Source: an uncultured Chloroflexia bacterium
GTDB lineage: Bacteria > Chloroflexota > Limnocylindria > Limnocylindrales > CSP1-4
Direction of reading: 5' to 3'
Assembly: GCA_963813225.1 (NCBI GenBank)
Contig: CAWEYB010000001.1
Coordinates: 1,408,362 to 1,472,361, forward strand
DNA length: 64,000 nucleotides
The first letter of the stretch is position 1; the number at the start of each line of letters is the position of its first letter. The notes under the pieces are model-generated. The model saw only the letters and a list, made by a program, of their open reading frames with translations. It was not told where the DNA came from and searched no databases. Of this stretch, positions 38,028 through 47,170 are shown piece after piece. A program made the translations under genes and the position numbers.

Positions 38028-38177
38028 TCAGTGGACCCGGCGGACGAACCCGCAGATGTGACAGGTGGCCAGCCCGGTCTCGGGATCGATCTCGAGGAAG
38101 CTGGGGCAGCCGTTGGTGCTGCAGAAGAGGCGGCCGGTGCCGCTTGCCGCGGTCGTGCGGCGACGCATCCGGCGCAT
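38028..38177 (-). CDS. unannotated 49-aa zinc-ribbon protein with Arg-rich N-terminus
   Basis: It is absent from the track because it is under 60 aa. ATG 38177 gives MRRMRRRTTAASGTGRLFCSTNGCPSFLEIDPETGLATCHICGFVRRVH, with the stop at TGA 38028-38030. The Cys pattern is C-x4-C ... C-x2-C. Alternative in-frame starts are GTG 38189 and ATG 38168. GC3 is coding-like. Confidence 0.5.
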   Translation of the reverse strand: MRRMRRRTTAASGTGRLFCSTNGCPSFLEIDPETGLATCHICGFVRRVH

Positions 38178-38583
38178 CGGCCGATGCACGTCCGGTGACG
38201 GACGTCGTGGTGGAACGATTCATCATGGTGTTCTTGTGTCGTGCTTTCTGGCGCGCCGTCATCGCGGTTCGGGCGATCGGCTGCGCGGCCGGGTGTCTGA
38301 AGTGTCTGCGCGCCGGGCCGGGAGCGCGTATCTGGCGCTCTAACCGGGTCGTCGCGTCGGACTGGTTACTCGTGCAGTATCGTTCGCGCGGCCCGATCCG
38401 TCAAATCGCCGATGGTCCGGGGTGAGCGGGTTATCGGCGATGATTGCGGTCTCTTCACCGAACGTTGGTTGATTCGAACCCTGTCGGCGCGTCAGACTCC
38501 GCGCCGTCGGCGCGCGGAGGGAGCGCGTGCGACCGGCTGTCCCCAAGCAGCCGCCAATCTGATCAATATCTCCAGGAGGTGGC

Positions 38584-39774
38584 TTGTGTCGGTGGTGTCA
38601 AGGACCGTGGACACGTCGGTCCCGCGTGGCGCGTTTCGGACTCGTGGCGTCGATGCTGGGGCTGGTCGTGCTGTCGGCCGCACCGGCCGCAATGGCCGCC
38701 TCACCGCTCACGATCACGACCCCGTTCCCCGCGATCGCGGTCGCGCCCGGCGCGAACCCGAGCTTCGACGTCACGATCACGACCGCCACAGCCCGGTCGC
38801 GTCGCCCTGACGGTCGGCAAGGTGCCCGACGGCTGGACAGCGGTCCTGCGCGGCGGCGGCTTCACCGTCGACGGCGTGGAGTCGGACGGCACGACGCCGG
38901 TCAAGCTCACGCTCAACGTCACGATCCCGGCCGACGCAGCCGCCAGCACGCAGCAGATCGACGTCAGAGGCGTGACCACGGGCGGCGCGACGGCGACCAT
39001 GACGACCAACATCCGCGTCTCGCCCAACGCGGCCGGCAACGTCACGCTCACGACCGACACGCCCCAGCTCAAGGGCTCGACCGACACGACGTTCACGTTC
39101 GCGCTGACCCTCAACAACAACACCTCCGAGCGACCTGCCGTTCAGCGTGGCCGCCACCGGGCCGGACGGCTGGACCGTCACCGGCGAGATCGGCTCGACG
39201 GCCAACGCCGCCAGCGTCGTGGTCACCGCAGGCAGCACCTCGTCGGTGTCGGTCACGGCCAAGGCGCCGACCGGCGCAACGGCCGGCGACTATCCGATCG
39301 CGGTCGATGTGACCAGCGGCAGCGAGAAGGCCCACGCCGACCTCCAGGTCACGATCACCGGTAGCTACAGCCTCGCGATGTCGACCCCGAGCGGCGTCCT
39401 GAGCATGAATGGGTCCGCCGGCACGGCGACCGACCTGACGCTGACCTTGACCAACAGCGGCACGGCCGACATCCCGGGCGTGGCGATGACCGCGAGCGCC
39501 CCGACCGGCTGGGTCGTCACGTTCGATCCGACCCCGGTCGATGTGCCCGCCGGCCAGACCGTCCAGGTCGTCGCCCACGTCACGCCGTCGTCGGACGCCA
39601 TCACCGGCGACTACGTGGCGACCATGACGGGGACCTCGTCGCTGGCGACCGCCAAGACCGATATCCGGGTCACGGTCCAGACGTCGTCGCTGTGGGGCGT
39701 CATCGGGATCGGTCTGATCGCTGGTCATCCTGCTCGGTCTGTGGCTGGTCTTCCGACGCTTCGGACGGCGATGA
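38584..39774 (+). pseudogene. secreted, C-terminally membrane-anchored protein with three NEW3/CARDB-like Ig repeats (COG1470-like), three +1 frame breaks
   Basis: TTG 38584 lies 4 nt after AGGAGG (38574-38579). The signal peptide is ...RFGLVASMLGLVVLSAAPAAMA|A. Three repeats of the pattern '...P.GW.v...v.v.aG.s..v.v.v..p..a..G.Y.i.v' lie in the frames of tracks 38584, 38444 and 39147. Breaks are near 38790, 39130 and 39720. The true C-terminus is LVILLGLWLVFRRFGRR-TGA (39772-39774), which overlaps the next ATG. Confidence 0.75.
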
Positions 39775-40920
39775 GCGAGGTCGTCGCAGCCACCGAGCCT
39801 GGACCGGCTGCCGCGGCGCCGGTCGTCGAGCCGGCGGCGATCGATCCCGGACCGGCCGGAGCCGGTCATCCGGACCCGCCGCCTGACCAAGAAATACGGC
39901 GAGCTGACAGCGGTCAGCAAGCTCGACCTGGCGGTCTACCCGGGCGAGATCTTCGGCCTGCTCGGGCAGAACGGCGCCGGCAAGACGACGACCATCCTGA
40001 TGCTGCTCGGCCTGTCCGAGCCGACATCGGGTGAGGCCAACGTGATGGGCCTCGACCCGGCCTGGGAGCCGCGCGAGGTCAAGCGCCGGGTCGGCTACCT
40101 GCCCGACGCTGTCGGCTTCTACGAAGACCTGACCGGCCGGGAGAACCTGCGCTACACGGCCCGCCTCAACGGGCTGCCGCGCGACGAGGCCGAGGCGGCC
40201 ATCGACGAGGTCCTCGAGCAGGTCGGGCTGACCGAGCGGGCGAACGACCCGGTCGAGCAGTACTCGCGCGGCATGCGTCAGCGGCTCGGCATCGCCGACG
40301 CGCTGGTCAAGTCACCGGACCTGCTGATCCTCGACGAGCCGACGACCTCGATCGACCCGCTCGGCGTCATCGAGATCCTCGATCTCCTGCGCAGGCTCGT
40401 CGACGAGCGTGGCCTGGCGATCATGCTGTCGAGCCACCTGCTCAGCCAGGTCCAGTCGGTCTGCGACCGGATCGGGATCTTCGCCGCCGGCCGCCTGATC
40501 GGCGTCGGCACGGTGGACGAGCTGGCCAGGCAGTTCGGTGACGGGACCGCGGTCATCGAGGTCGGCCTCGAGCTGCCGAGCCAGTCCGACGTCGACCGCG
40601 CGGCGACGGCGCTGCGCGCGATCCCCGCGGTCGCCTCCGTCGAGCCGGCCGGCCTGGGCAACGGCACGTGGCGAGTCCACGTCCGGCCGGCGAGCGCGGA
40701 GGGACGCGTCCGGCAGGACATCCTGGTCGCCGCCGTCGAGCACGAGCTCCGCCTGACCGCGATCCGACCGATCGTCCCGTCTCTCGACGAGATCTACCGC
40801 CACGCGGTCGAGCGGCCGATCCCCAAGCGCACCGGCGTCAAGCGCCGGGGGACCGGCCGGCCGACCGGCCAAAGAGGCCCGAAGGCGAGAAGAGCCCGAG
40901 GCGAAACGAGGCCCGAATGA
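39771..40920 (+). pseudogene. ABC transporter ATP-binding protein (ABC-2/DrrA-type), one +1 frame break near 39860
   Basis: ATG 39771 overlaps the upstream stop (ATGA). The N-terminus MSEVVAATEPGPAAAAPVVEPAAIDPGP is followed, one base downstream, by EPVIRTRRLTKKYGELTAVSKLDLAVYPGEIFGLLGQNGAGKTT (Walker A). The signature YSRGMRQRL, Walker B LLILDEPT and SSHLL are also present (track 40000..40920). Confidence 0.88.
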
Positions 40921-41957
40921 GCGCGACCACCGTTCCCAGCGACGCCCCCGTCCCAGCCGAGACGGCACCGAAGCCGCGCCGCGAGCTGCGCGTGCCGCAC
41001 GGCGGCTGGCGCGTCATCGCGGCCAAGGAGCTCGGCGACGACCTCCTGAGCGTCCGGTTCATCGTCCTGCTGATCGTGCTCGGCCTGGCGGCGATGGTCC
41101 CGCTGTATGCCGCGGCCGACCAGATCCGCGCCCACGCCACCGACGCGAGCGGCACCCCGGCCATCTTCCTGGCCCTGTTCATCCTCTCGTCGCCCGACTA
41201 CACGTTCCTGCAGGTCGCCTCGTTCGTGTCGATCGTGGCGCCGCTGCTCGGCCTCGCCTTCGCGTTCGACGCCATCAACGGCGAGCGGTGCCGAGGGGAC
41301 GCTGCCGCGGCTCCTCGCCCAGCCGATCTATCGCGACGACGTCATCAACGGCAAGTTCGCGGCGGGCCTGGCGGTCATCGGGATCGTCCTGGTGCGGTCA
41401 TCGGGATCATCGCCGGGTTCGGCATCTTCCGGCTCGGGATCGTCCCGGCGCCCGAGGAGATCCTCCGCCTCGTGTCGTGGATCCTGGTCACCTTCGTCTA
41501 CGTCGGCCTGTGGCTCGCATTCGGGCTGCTGTTGTCGGTCCTGTTCCGGCGGGCGGCCACGTCGGCCCTCATCGGGTTCGGCGTCTGGTTCCTGTTCACG
41601 ACGTTCGGTTCGTTCATCCTCGACGCGATCGGCAACGCGGTCTCGCCGCTGACCGGATCGACCACGAGCGAGCTGATCGGCCAGGCGCAGACCCAGCAGT
41701 TCATCTCGCGGCTGCTCCCGGGCCAGCTCTATTCCGAGGTCACCTCGGTCCTGCTCAACCCGACGAACAACCCGCAGGCGACCCTGCCGGGTTCGCTCGG
41801 CCAGGCCCAGCAGGCCCAGCAGCAGATCCCGACACTGCTGGCGTTCGACCAGAGCGTGCTGCTCGTGTGGCCGCAGGTGGTCGTCCTCGTCGCGATGACC
41901 GTCGCCTGCTTCGCTCTGGCGTACGTCGCGTTCATGAGGCAAGAAGTTCGGGCGTAG
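40917..41957 (+). pseudogene. ABC-2 type permease (NosY-like), internal out-of-frame segment 41287-41393
   Basis: ATG 40917 overlaps the ATPase stop (ATGA). Track 40668..41957 is convincing except for ...AINGER[CRGDAAAAPRP...DRPG]AVIGIIAG. The bracketed part reads properly in the frame of track 41107..41652 (AEGTLPRLLAQPIYRDDVINGKFAAGLAVIGIVLV). So there is a +1 break near 41287 and a return (-1 or +2) near 41390. Confidence 0.8.
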
Positions 41958-41964
41958 GACACCG

Positions 41965-42083
41965 GCCGCGCGCAGGGACGCCCAGGCGTTCGTTGCCGGG
42001 GTCGCTCTGTCGCTCACGCACCTCGGGGTGCGCTCGCTCCTTCGCTCGCCCGGCGCCTTCGCCTGAACGCCCCTGCGCGCGGC
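41965..42083. repeat. 119-bp imperfect inverted-repeat structure in the convergent spacer (bidirectional terminator or REP-like element)
   Basis: The arms are GCCGCGCGCAGGGACGCCCAGGCG (41965-41988) and CGCCTGAACGCCCCTGCGCGCGGC (42060-42083), with 21 of 24 positions complementary. Nested pairs are GCCGGG/CCCGGC and a central CGCACC-TCGG-GGTGCG hairpin (42017-42032). It lies between the permease stop (41957) and the helicase stop (42104). Confidence 0.5.
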
Positions 42084-42103
42084 TCGGCGGTTCGCCGTGC
42101 GGG

Positions 42104-44146
42104 TCAGGTCTCGCGGACGACGACGCTGATGATCTCGTCTCCGTACCGGTCGAGCTTCATCGGGCCGACGCCGGGCACGCGGCGGAGCTCGGCGATCGAG
42201 CGCGGGCGTCGCGCGGCGATGGCCTCGATGGTCGAGTCGTGGAAGACGATGAACGGCGCGACCGCGTCGGCGCGGGCACGGGCCGTGCGCCAGGCACGGA
42301 GCGCATTGGACAGCGGTGACCGGTCGGACGGGTCCACCTTCGGGGCTCGTTCGCGCGGAGCGTGACCCGGTCCGACGGCCACGATGGGCCGGGTACGGGT
42401 CGCGGCACGAGCCCATCGAGGAAACGCGAGCGGTTGCGCCGGCCCTCACGGCCGGACGTGCCCGTCCGGCTCGTCGCCCACGACAGCCACAGGGAGCGCC
42501 GCGCCCGGGTGATCCCGACGTAGAGCAGCCGGCGCTCCTCGGCGAGCTCGGCGGGCTCGGTCGACTGGCGGATGGGCAGCGTGCCCTCCTCGAGCGCGGG
42601 CAGGAACACCGCGTCCCATTCGAGACCCTTGGCGCGGTGGTACGTCAGCAGCTCGACCCCCGCCGCCTCGCCACCGGCCTCCACCGCGCGTCCGCCGCTC
42701 GACTTCGGCGAGGAACGCCGGGATGCCGGCGGTCGGATCCGTCCGGACCAGCTCCTCGGCCAGCTCGAGCAGCGTGACGACCGCGGCGTGTCGAGCGGCC
42801 CCGGTCTCGCTCTCGGGGACGGTGTCGCGCCGGACGCCGAGCTCGCGCTCGAAGGCATCGGCCAGGAGCGCGGGAAGGGTGGCGCCCTCCTCGTCGAGCC
42901 GTTTGCCCAGGCCCGCCGCGATCCGCACGGCACGCCGGACCTCCGGCCGAGCGAAGAACCGCTCGCCGCGGACATGGAATGCGATCCCCGCGCGTCCGAA
43001 CGCGTCCTCGAGCGCGGGGAGCTGCGCATTGGTCCGGACGAGGATCGCCATCGAGCCGTGGGGCGTGCCGTTCCGCGTCAGGGCCCGGATCGCCTCGATG
43101 ATCCCGTCGAGCTCGGCGTCGTCGGTCGCGAATCCGCCGATCTCGGGCGCCGGACCGGATGCGTGACTCGCGATCAGCCGCTTGGGCGGTCGTGGGGCCG
43201 TCCCCGGGAGCCGTTCGTCGACGGCGACGCGTCCCGCAGCGAGGACCGTGTTCGCCAGCGCCAGCACCTCGGGCGTCGAGCGGTAGTTGGTCTCGAGCCG
43301 GACGATCCGCGCGCCCGGGTACCGCTCGGCGAAGCCGATCAGGTAGTCGCTCGTCGCCCCGGTGAACGTGTAGATCGTCTGGTCCTCGTCGCCGACCACG
43401 GCCAGGTCATCGCGCCCACCCAGCCACGCATCGAGGAGCGCGGCCTGGAGCGGGTTGGTGTCCTGGAACTCGTCGACCGAGAACCAGCGATAGCGGTCGC
43501 GCACCTCGGCGGCGATCGTCGCGTCGGTCTCGATCAGCCCGATCGTCAGCTCGAGCATGTCCTCGAAGTCGATCCGTCCGGCGCGCGCCTTGCGGTTCTC
43601 GTAGTCGCGATACAGCCGGGCCATGAGGTCGGGCGGGAGCGGCGCATCGCGGTCTTCGGCGATGGCGCGTATCTCGTAGTCGGCCGGCCGGATCCGCCGA
43701 GCCTTGGCCCATTCGATCTCGCCCGCCAGGTCGCGCACCGCGAGGTAGCGGTAGCCGCCGGGCAGGCCGGCGGCCAGCGGAGCGAGGATCGGCGCCTTCG
43801 AATCGAGGATCGCCGGCGGCTCCGTGCCGTGGACGCGCGGCCAGAAATGGCGGAGCTGGCGGAGGGCTGCCGCGTGGAACGTGGACGCCGCCACGCCCGG
43901 TTCACCGAGCGCGGCAAGGCGGCGGACCATCTCGGTCGCGGCCTTGTCGGTGAACGTGACGACCAGCACGTCCCGTGGCCGCACGACGCCCGTGGCGATG
44001 GCATACGCGACCCGTCGCGAGATGACCCGGGTCTTGCCGCTTCCCGCGCCGGCGAGGATGCACAGCGGACCGGACGTGATCGCGACCGCCTCGCGTTGCG
44101 CCGGATCGAGGTCGGCGAGAAGCGTATCGGGGTCCGCGGTCAGCAC
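42104..44146 (-). pseudogene. UvrD/PcrA-family SF1 helicase with C-terminal HRDC domain (UvrD2-like), two frame breaks
   Basis: Track 42446..44146 carries AGAGSGKTR (Walker A), VDEFQDTNP and TNYRSTPEV, up to ...FLAEVERR. Track 42157..43029 continues with ...[33 protein letters not shown]...[17 protein letters not shown]...RSRFLDGL. Track 42104..42382 gives the HRDC part ([61 protein letters not shown]). Breaks: +1 near 42690 and -1/+2 near 42390. Confidence 0.88.
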
Positions 44147-44211
44147 CGGCCCATCGTAGCCGGGACGCCTGCACCGCCGGTCATCCGAGAGCGGTGGGGT
44201 AGGCTCGGGCG

Positions 44212-44722
44212 ATGGAGCTTCGCGGCAACCAGGTCACCCTCCGACCGACCGCGCCGGCCGATGCGCCGGTCCTCGCCGCGATCCTGTCCGAGCCCGAGGT
44301 CGCGCGCTGGTGGGGCGACTTCGACATCGACCGCGTCGTCGCGGAGCTGATCGTCGGCGACCCCGAGGAGATCCCGTTCGTCATCGAGCACGCCGGCGAG
44401 GTCATCGGCTACATCCAGGCCGTCGAGGAGAACGAGCCCGATTTCCGGAGCGCCGGGATCGACCTCTTCCTGCGGACGGACGCCCAGGGTCGCGGTCTCG
44501 GCCCGGACGCGATCCGGACGCTGGCCGCCCACCTCATCGACGAGCGTGGCCATCACCGCCTGACGATCGACCCGGCGGCCGACAACACGCATGCCATCGC
44601 GGCCTACGCCAAGGTCGGCTTCCGGCCAGTCGGCCGGCATGCGCCAGTACCAGCGTCTGCGTGACGGACGGTGGGTCGATGCCCTGCTGATGGACCTCCT
44701 GGCCGACGAACTGGTCCGCTGA
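44212..44722 (+). CDS. GNAT family N-acetyltransferase; the last ~28 codons need a +1 frame change near 44635
   Basis: Track 44212..44664 runs to ...IAAYAKVGFRPVG. The sense then continues as MRQYQRLRDGRWVDALLMDLLADELVR-TGA (44720-44722). The acetyl-CoA motif is RTDAQGRGLGPDAIRTLAAHL. Confidence 0.8.
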
Positions 44723-44838
44723 ACGGGGCTCGCGCGCACCGAATGGGCTTGTCATGCGCGTCGCGGTCGCTAGGATGGGGCTCGGCCCGAGGGCCGCGGA
44801 CGTTCCGCTCCAGGTCCGCACAGGGAGGCACACGTCAC

Positions 44839-45369
44839 ATGACCGACCAGACACCCCCGGATCCGACGACGCCGCCATCGGTGGAGCCCGCGGCCGCGCC
44901 GCCTCCGGCACCCGCCGCGCCGGCGCCAGCCGCTCCGGCTCCCGCTCCCGCCGCCGCTCCGACGAGCTGGACTCCACCGGCGTCGGCTGCTGCGGGCGCG
45001 GCTGCCCGCCCGACCGGGGTCACCATCCTCGCCGTCCTGGCGGCGATCGGTGGCGTGTTCGCGCTTCTCGGTGGCTTCGTCATCTTCCTCGGCGGGACCG
45101 TCATCTTCGGTGGACTCGGCGCGATCCTCGGCCTCGCGTTCCTCGCCTATGCCGCATTGATCATCGCCTTCGCATATGGCGCCTGGACGCTCCAGCCGTG
45201 GGCTTGGGCACTCGGCGTCGCGGGTGCCGCGTTCGGCATCGTGCTGGCGGTGCTCAACATCCTCGGCGGGTCGTCGATCGTCAGCCAGATCATCGGCATC
45301 GCCATCGACGGCGGGATCATCTATTACCTCAACCAGCCCGGGATCCGCGCCGTCTTCGGTCGCGCCTGA
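44839..45369 (+). CDS. hypothetical polytopic membrane protein with Pro/Ala-rich N-terminus
   Basis: ATG 44839 follows GGGAGG, inside track ORF 44671..45369. A PA-rich segment of about 55 aa is followed by four hydrophobic helices. Confidence 0.65.
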   Translation: MTDQTPPDPTTPPSVEPAAAPPPAPAAPAPAAPAPAPAAAPTSWTPPASAAAGAAARPTGVTILAVLAAIGGVFALLGGFVIFLGGTVIFGGLGAILGLAFLAYAALIIAFAYGAWTLQPWAWALGVAGAAFGIVLAVLNILGGSSIVSQIIGIAIDGGIIYYLNQPGIRAVFGRA

Positions 45370-45452
45370 TCGGTCGACCGGCGGGTCACTCGTGATCCGC
45401 CGGATCTCCCTCTAGCGGGGGTCGGCGTCGGGTCCTGGTGCAGGCCCGACCG

Positions 45453-45805
45453 TCAGCCGGGCTCCTCGTCGCTCTCGGAGTCCTTCTTCCAGCCGAGATG
45501 CTTGCGGAAGGTCCCGACCGAGGCCACGTGGTAGCTGGCCGTCTCGTCGTAGGCGGGGAGTGACTCCAGGTCGGCGCTTCGTCAGCCGGCTGCTCACCTC
45601 GGTCGTGGTCAGGCTCGTCGACGTCGTCCGACGCGAGCATGACGTCGCGATGTCCAGCGCGGAGCTCCACGCGCAGCCCGTGGAAGATGTCGTCGGCGTC
45701 GGACCCGAGGATCTCGCGAACCTCGCCCACGGTCTGGCCGTCACTCGAGACGACTGGCGTCGCGTAGACGACCGAACGCCACGCGATGGGCTGGCTGTCA
45801 GGCAT
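45453..45805 (-). pseudogene. PRC-barrel/DUF2171-like small protein, two +1 frame breaks
   Basis: The pieces are MPDSQPIAWRSVVYATPVVSSDGQTVGEVREILGSDADDIFHGLRVELRAGHRDVMLASDDVDE (track 45386..45805), then LTTTEVSSRLT, then ADLESLPAYDETASYHVASVGTFRKHLGWKKDSESDEEPG-TGA (45453-45455). Breaks lie near 45612 and 45576. Confidence 0.6.
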
Positions 45806-45856
45806 GGGCGAACTCCTTGGCTGCCGACTGGTGAGGCCTCAATCCTAGCCCGCCGG

Positions 45857-46593
45857 TCAGAATGGCGGCCACGGGATGGCCGGCCAGTCCGGGGACGGGT
45901 AGGGGAATCGCCGGGCGGCCAGGAGCGCGTCGACGCGGCGGGTCGTGGCCCTGACCTCGAGGCGTGACAGGAGCTGGCGGAGCGTCTCCCCGAGATCCGC
46001 GTCGAGGCCGGCCCGGACCCGCTCCAGCCCGTCGATCTCGTCCTGCTCGAGAGCCCGTCCGCGCCAGCCCCACAGGACGGTCCGCAGCTTCGGGACGGGC
46101 GAGAAGGTGACGCCGTGGTCGACGCCGTACACGTGCCGTGCCGCCGTCGACGGGCAGGATGTGGCCGCCCTTGCGGTCGGTGTTGTTCATCACCGCGTCG
46201 AGCACGGCCATCCGGCGAAGGCGCGGGTCGTCGTCGACCACCATCGCCACGACGTCCACGTCCGGGTCGGCCTCGACGAACGCCTGGACCATCCCTTCGC
46301 CGAACGGCCCGTCGCGCAGGATCGTCGGCGGCACGATGCCCCAGCCGCTCGCCTCGGACACGTGCCAGGCCGCCACCTCGCGGCGCGCCAGGGTCCCGTC
46401 GGGAAAGTCGTCGAGCGGGACGCTCGCCGAGGGTCGGCTTGTAGATCGCGTCGAGCACGAGGACGGGTTCGGGATCGGGGCAGATCCGGGTCACGGTGAC
46501 GAGCATGGCGTTGTTCGACGAGGCGACGATCCGCCCGATGATCTCGATCTCGCCTTCGCGCAGCGCCTCGAGCGCCGTCCCGCGGTCGATCAC
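45857..46593 (-). pseudogene. SCO1664 family protein (PI3/4-kinase-like fold), two +1 frame breaks
   Basis: From GTG 46593: MIDRGTALEALREGEIEIIGRIVASSNNAMLVTV...AIYKPTLGERP / LDDFPDGTLARREVAAWHVSEASGWGIVPPTILRDGPFGEGMVQAFVE...AVMNNTDRKGGHILPVDGG / HVYGVDHGVTFSPVPKLRTVLWGW...PDWPAIPWPPF (tracks 45412..46593, 45798..46376, 45857..46132). Breaks lie near 46425 and 46138. Confidence 0.8.
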
Positions 46594-46605
46594 GGCCGGC
46601 CGCGG

Positions 46606-47170
46606 TCAGTTGACGTAGTGGCCGTTGCGACGCGGGCAGATGTGGCCCTGCGGGTCGAGCGGCGCACCGCACAGCGGGCAGGGCGGCCGGCCGGCGCGCG
46701 ATGACGCGCGAGGCGCGGGTCACGAACGACCGGGCGGCGTCGGCGGTGATCCGGACGCGGAGCAGGTCCGGGCCGTCCTCGTCCTCGTCGTCATCCTCGT
46801 CCGGATCGATCGGCTCGCCGTCCTCGGACTGGGCGCGCGCCTCGACCAGCACCCGCTCCGCCTCGCCGTCCCAGCCGAGGGTCAGTGAACCCGCGCGGAA
46901 CGCCTCGTTGAGCGGCTCGTCGAGCGGTCCCGTGTCGTCGCCGGCGGCCTTCGCGGCAGCCGCAGCGGCCGCCACGCCACGTCGCTCGAGCTCGGACAGC
47001 AGCTCACCGAGCCGGTCGGCGAGGACCGCGACCTGGACCTTCTCGAGCACGATGCTGACCACGCGCGGGCCGTCGCGGGCCTGGAGGAAGAAGGTCCGGT
47101 CACCCGGGCGACCGACCGTTCCGGCCACGAATCGCTCCGGCGGGTCGAACAGGTAGCGGCGTCGTGCCAT
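46606..47170 (-). CDS. DUF3090 family protein; the C-terminal zinc ribbon needs a +1 frame change near 46690
   Basis: Track 46190..47170 is convincing up to ...[13 protein letters not shown]. The sense then continues as [31 protein letters not shown] (46606-46608). The tracked frame otherwise runs through the next gene. Confidence 0.8.

Noticed and set aside
38470-38545. tRNA-like T-loop motif (GGTTCGAATC on the minus strand, about 38480-38489) with a nearby GC hairpin
   Set aside because: The flanking bases do not form a T-stem (GGG versus CAA). The candidate anticodon hairpin has an 8-nt loop, and no acceptor or D arm can be drawn. It is not a tRNA and is at most a degraded fragment.
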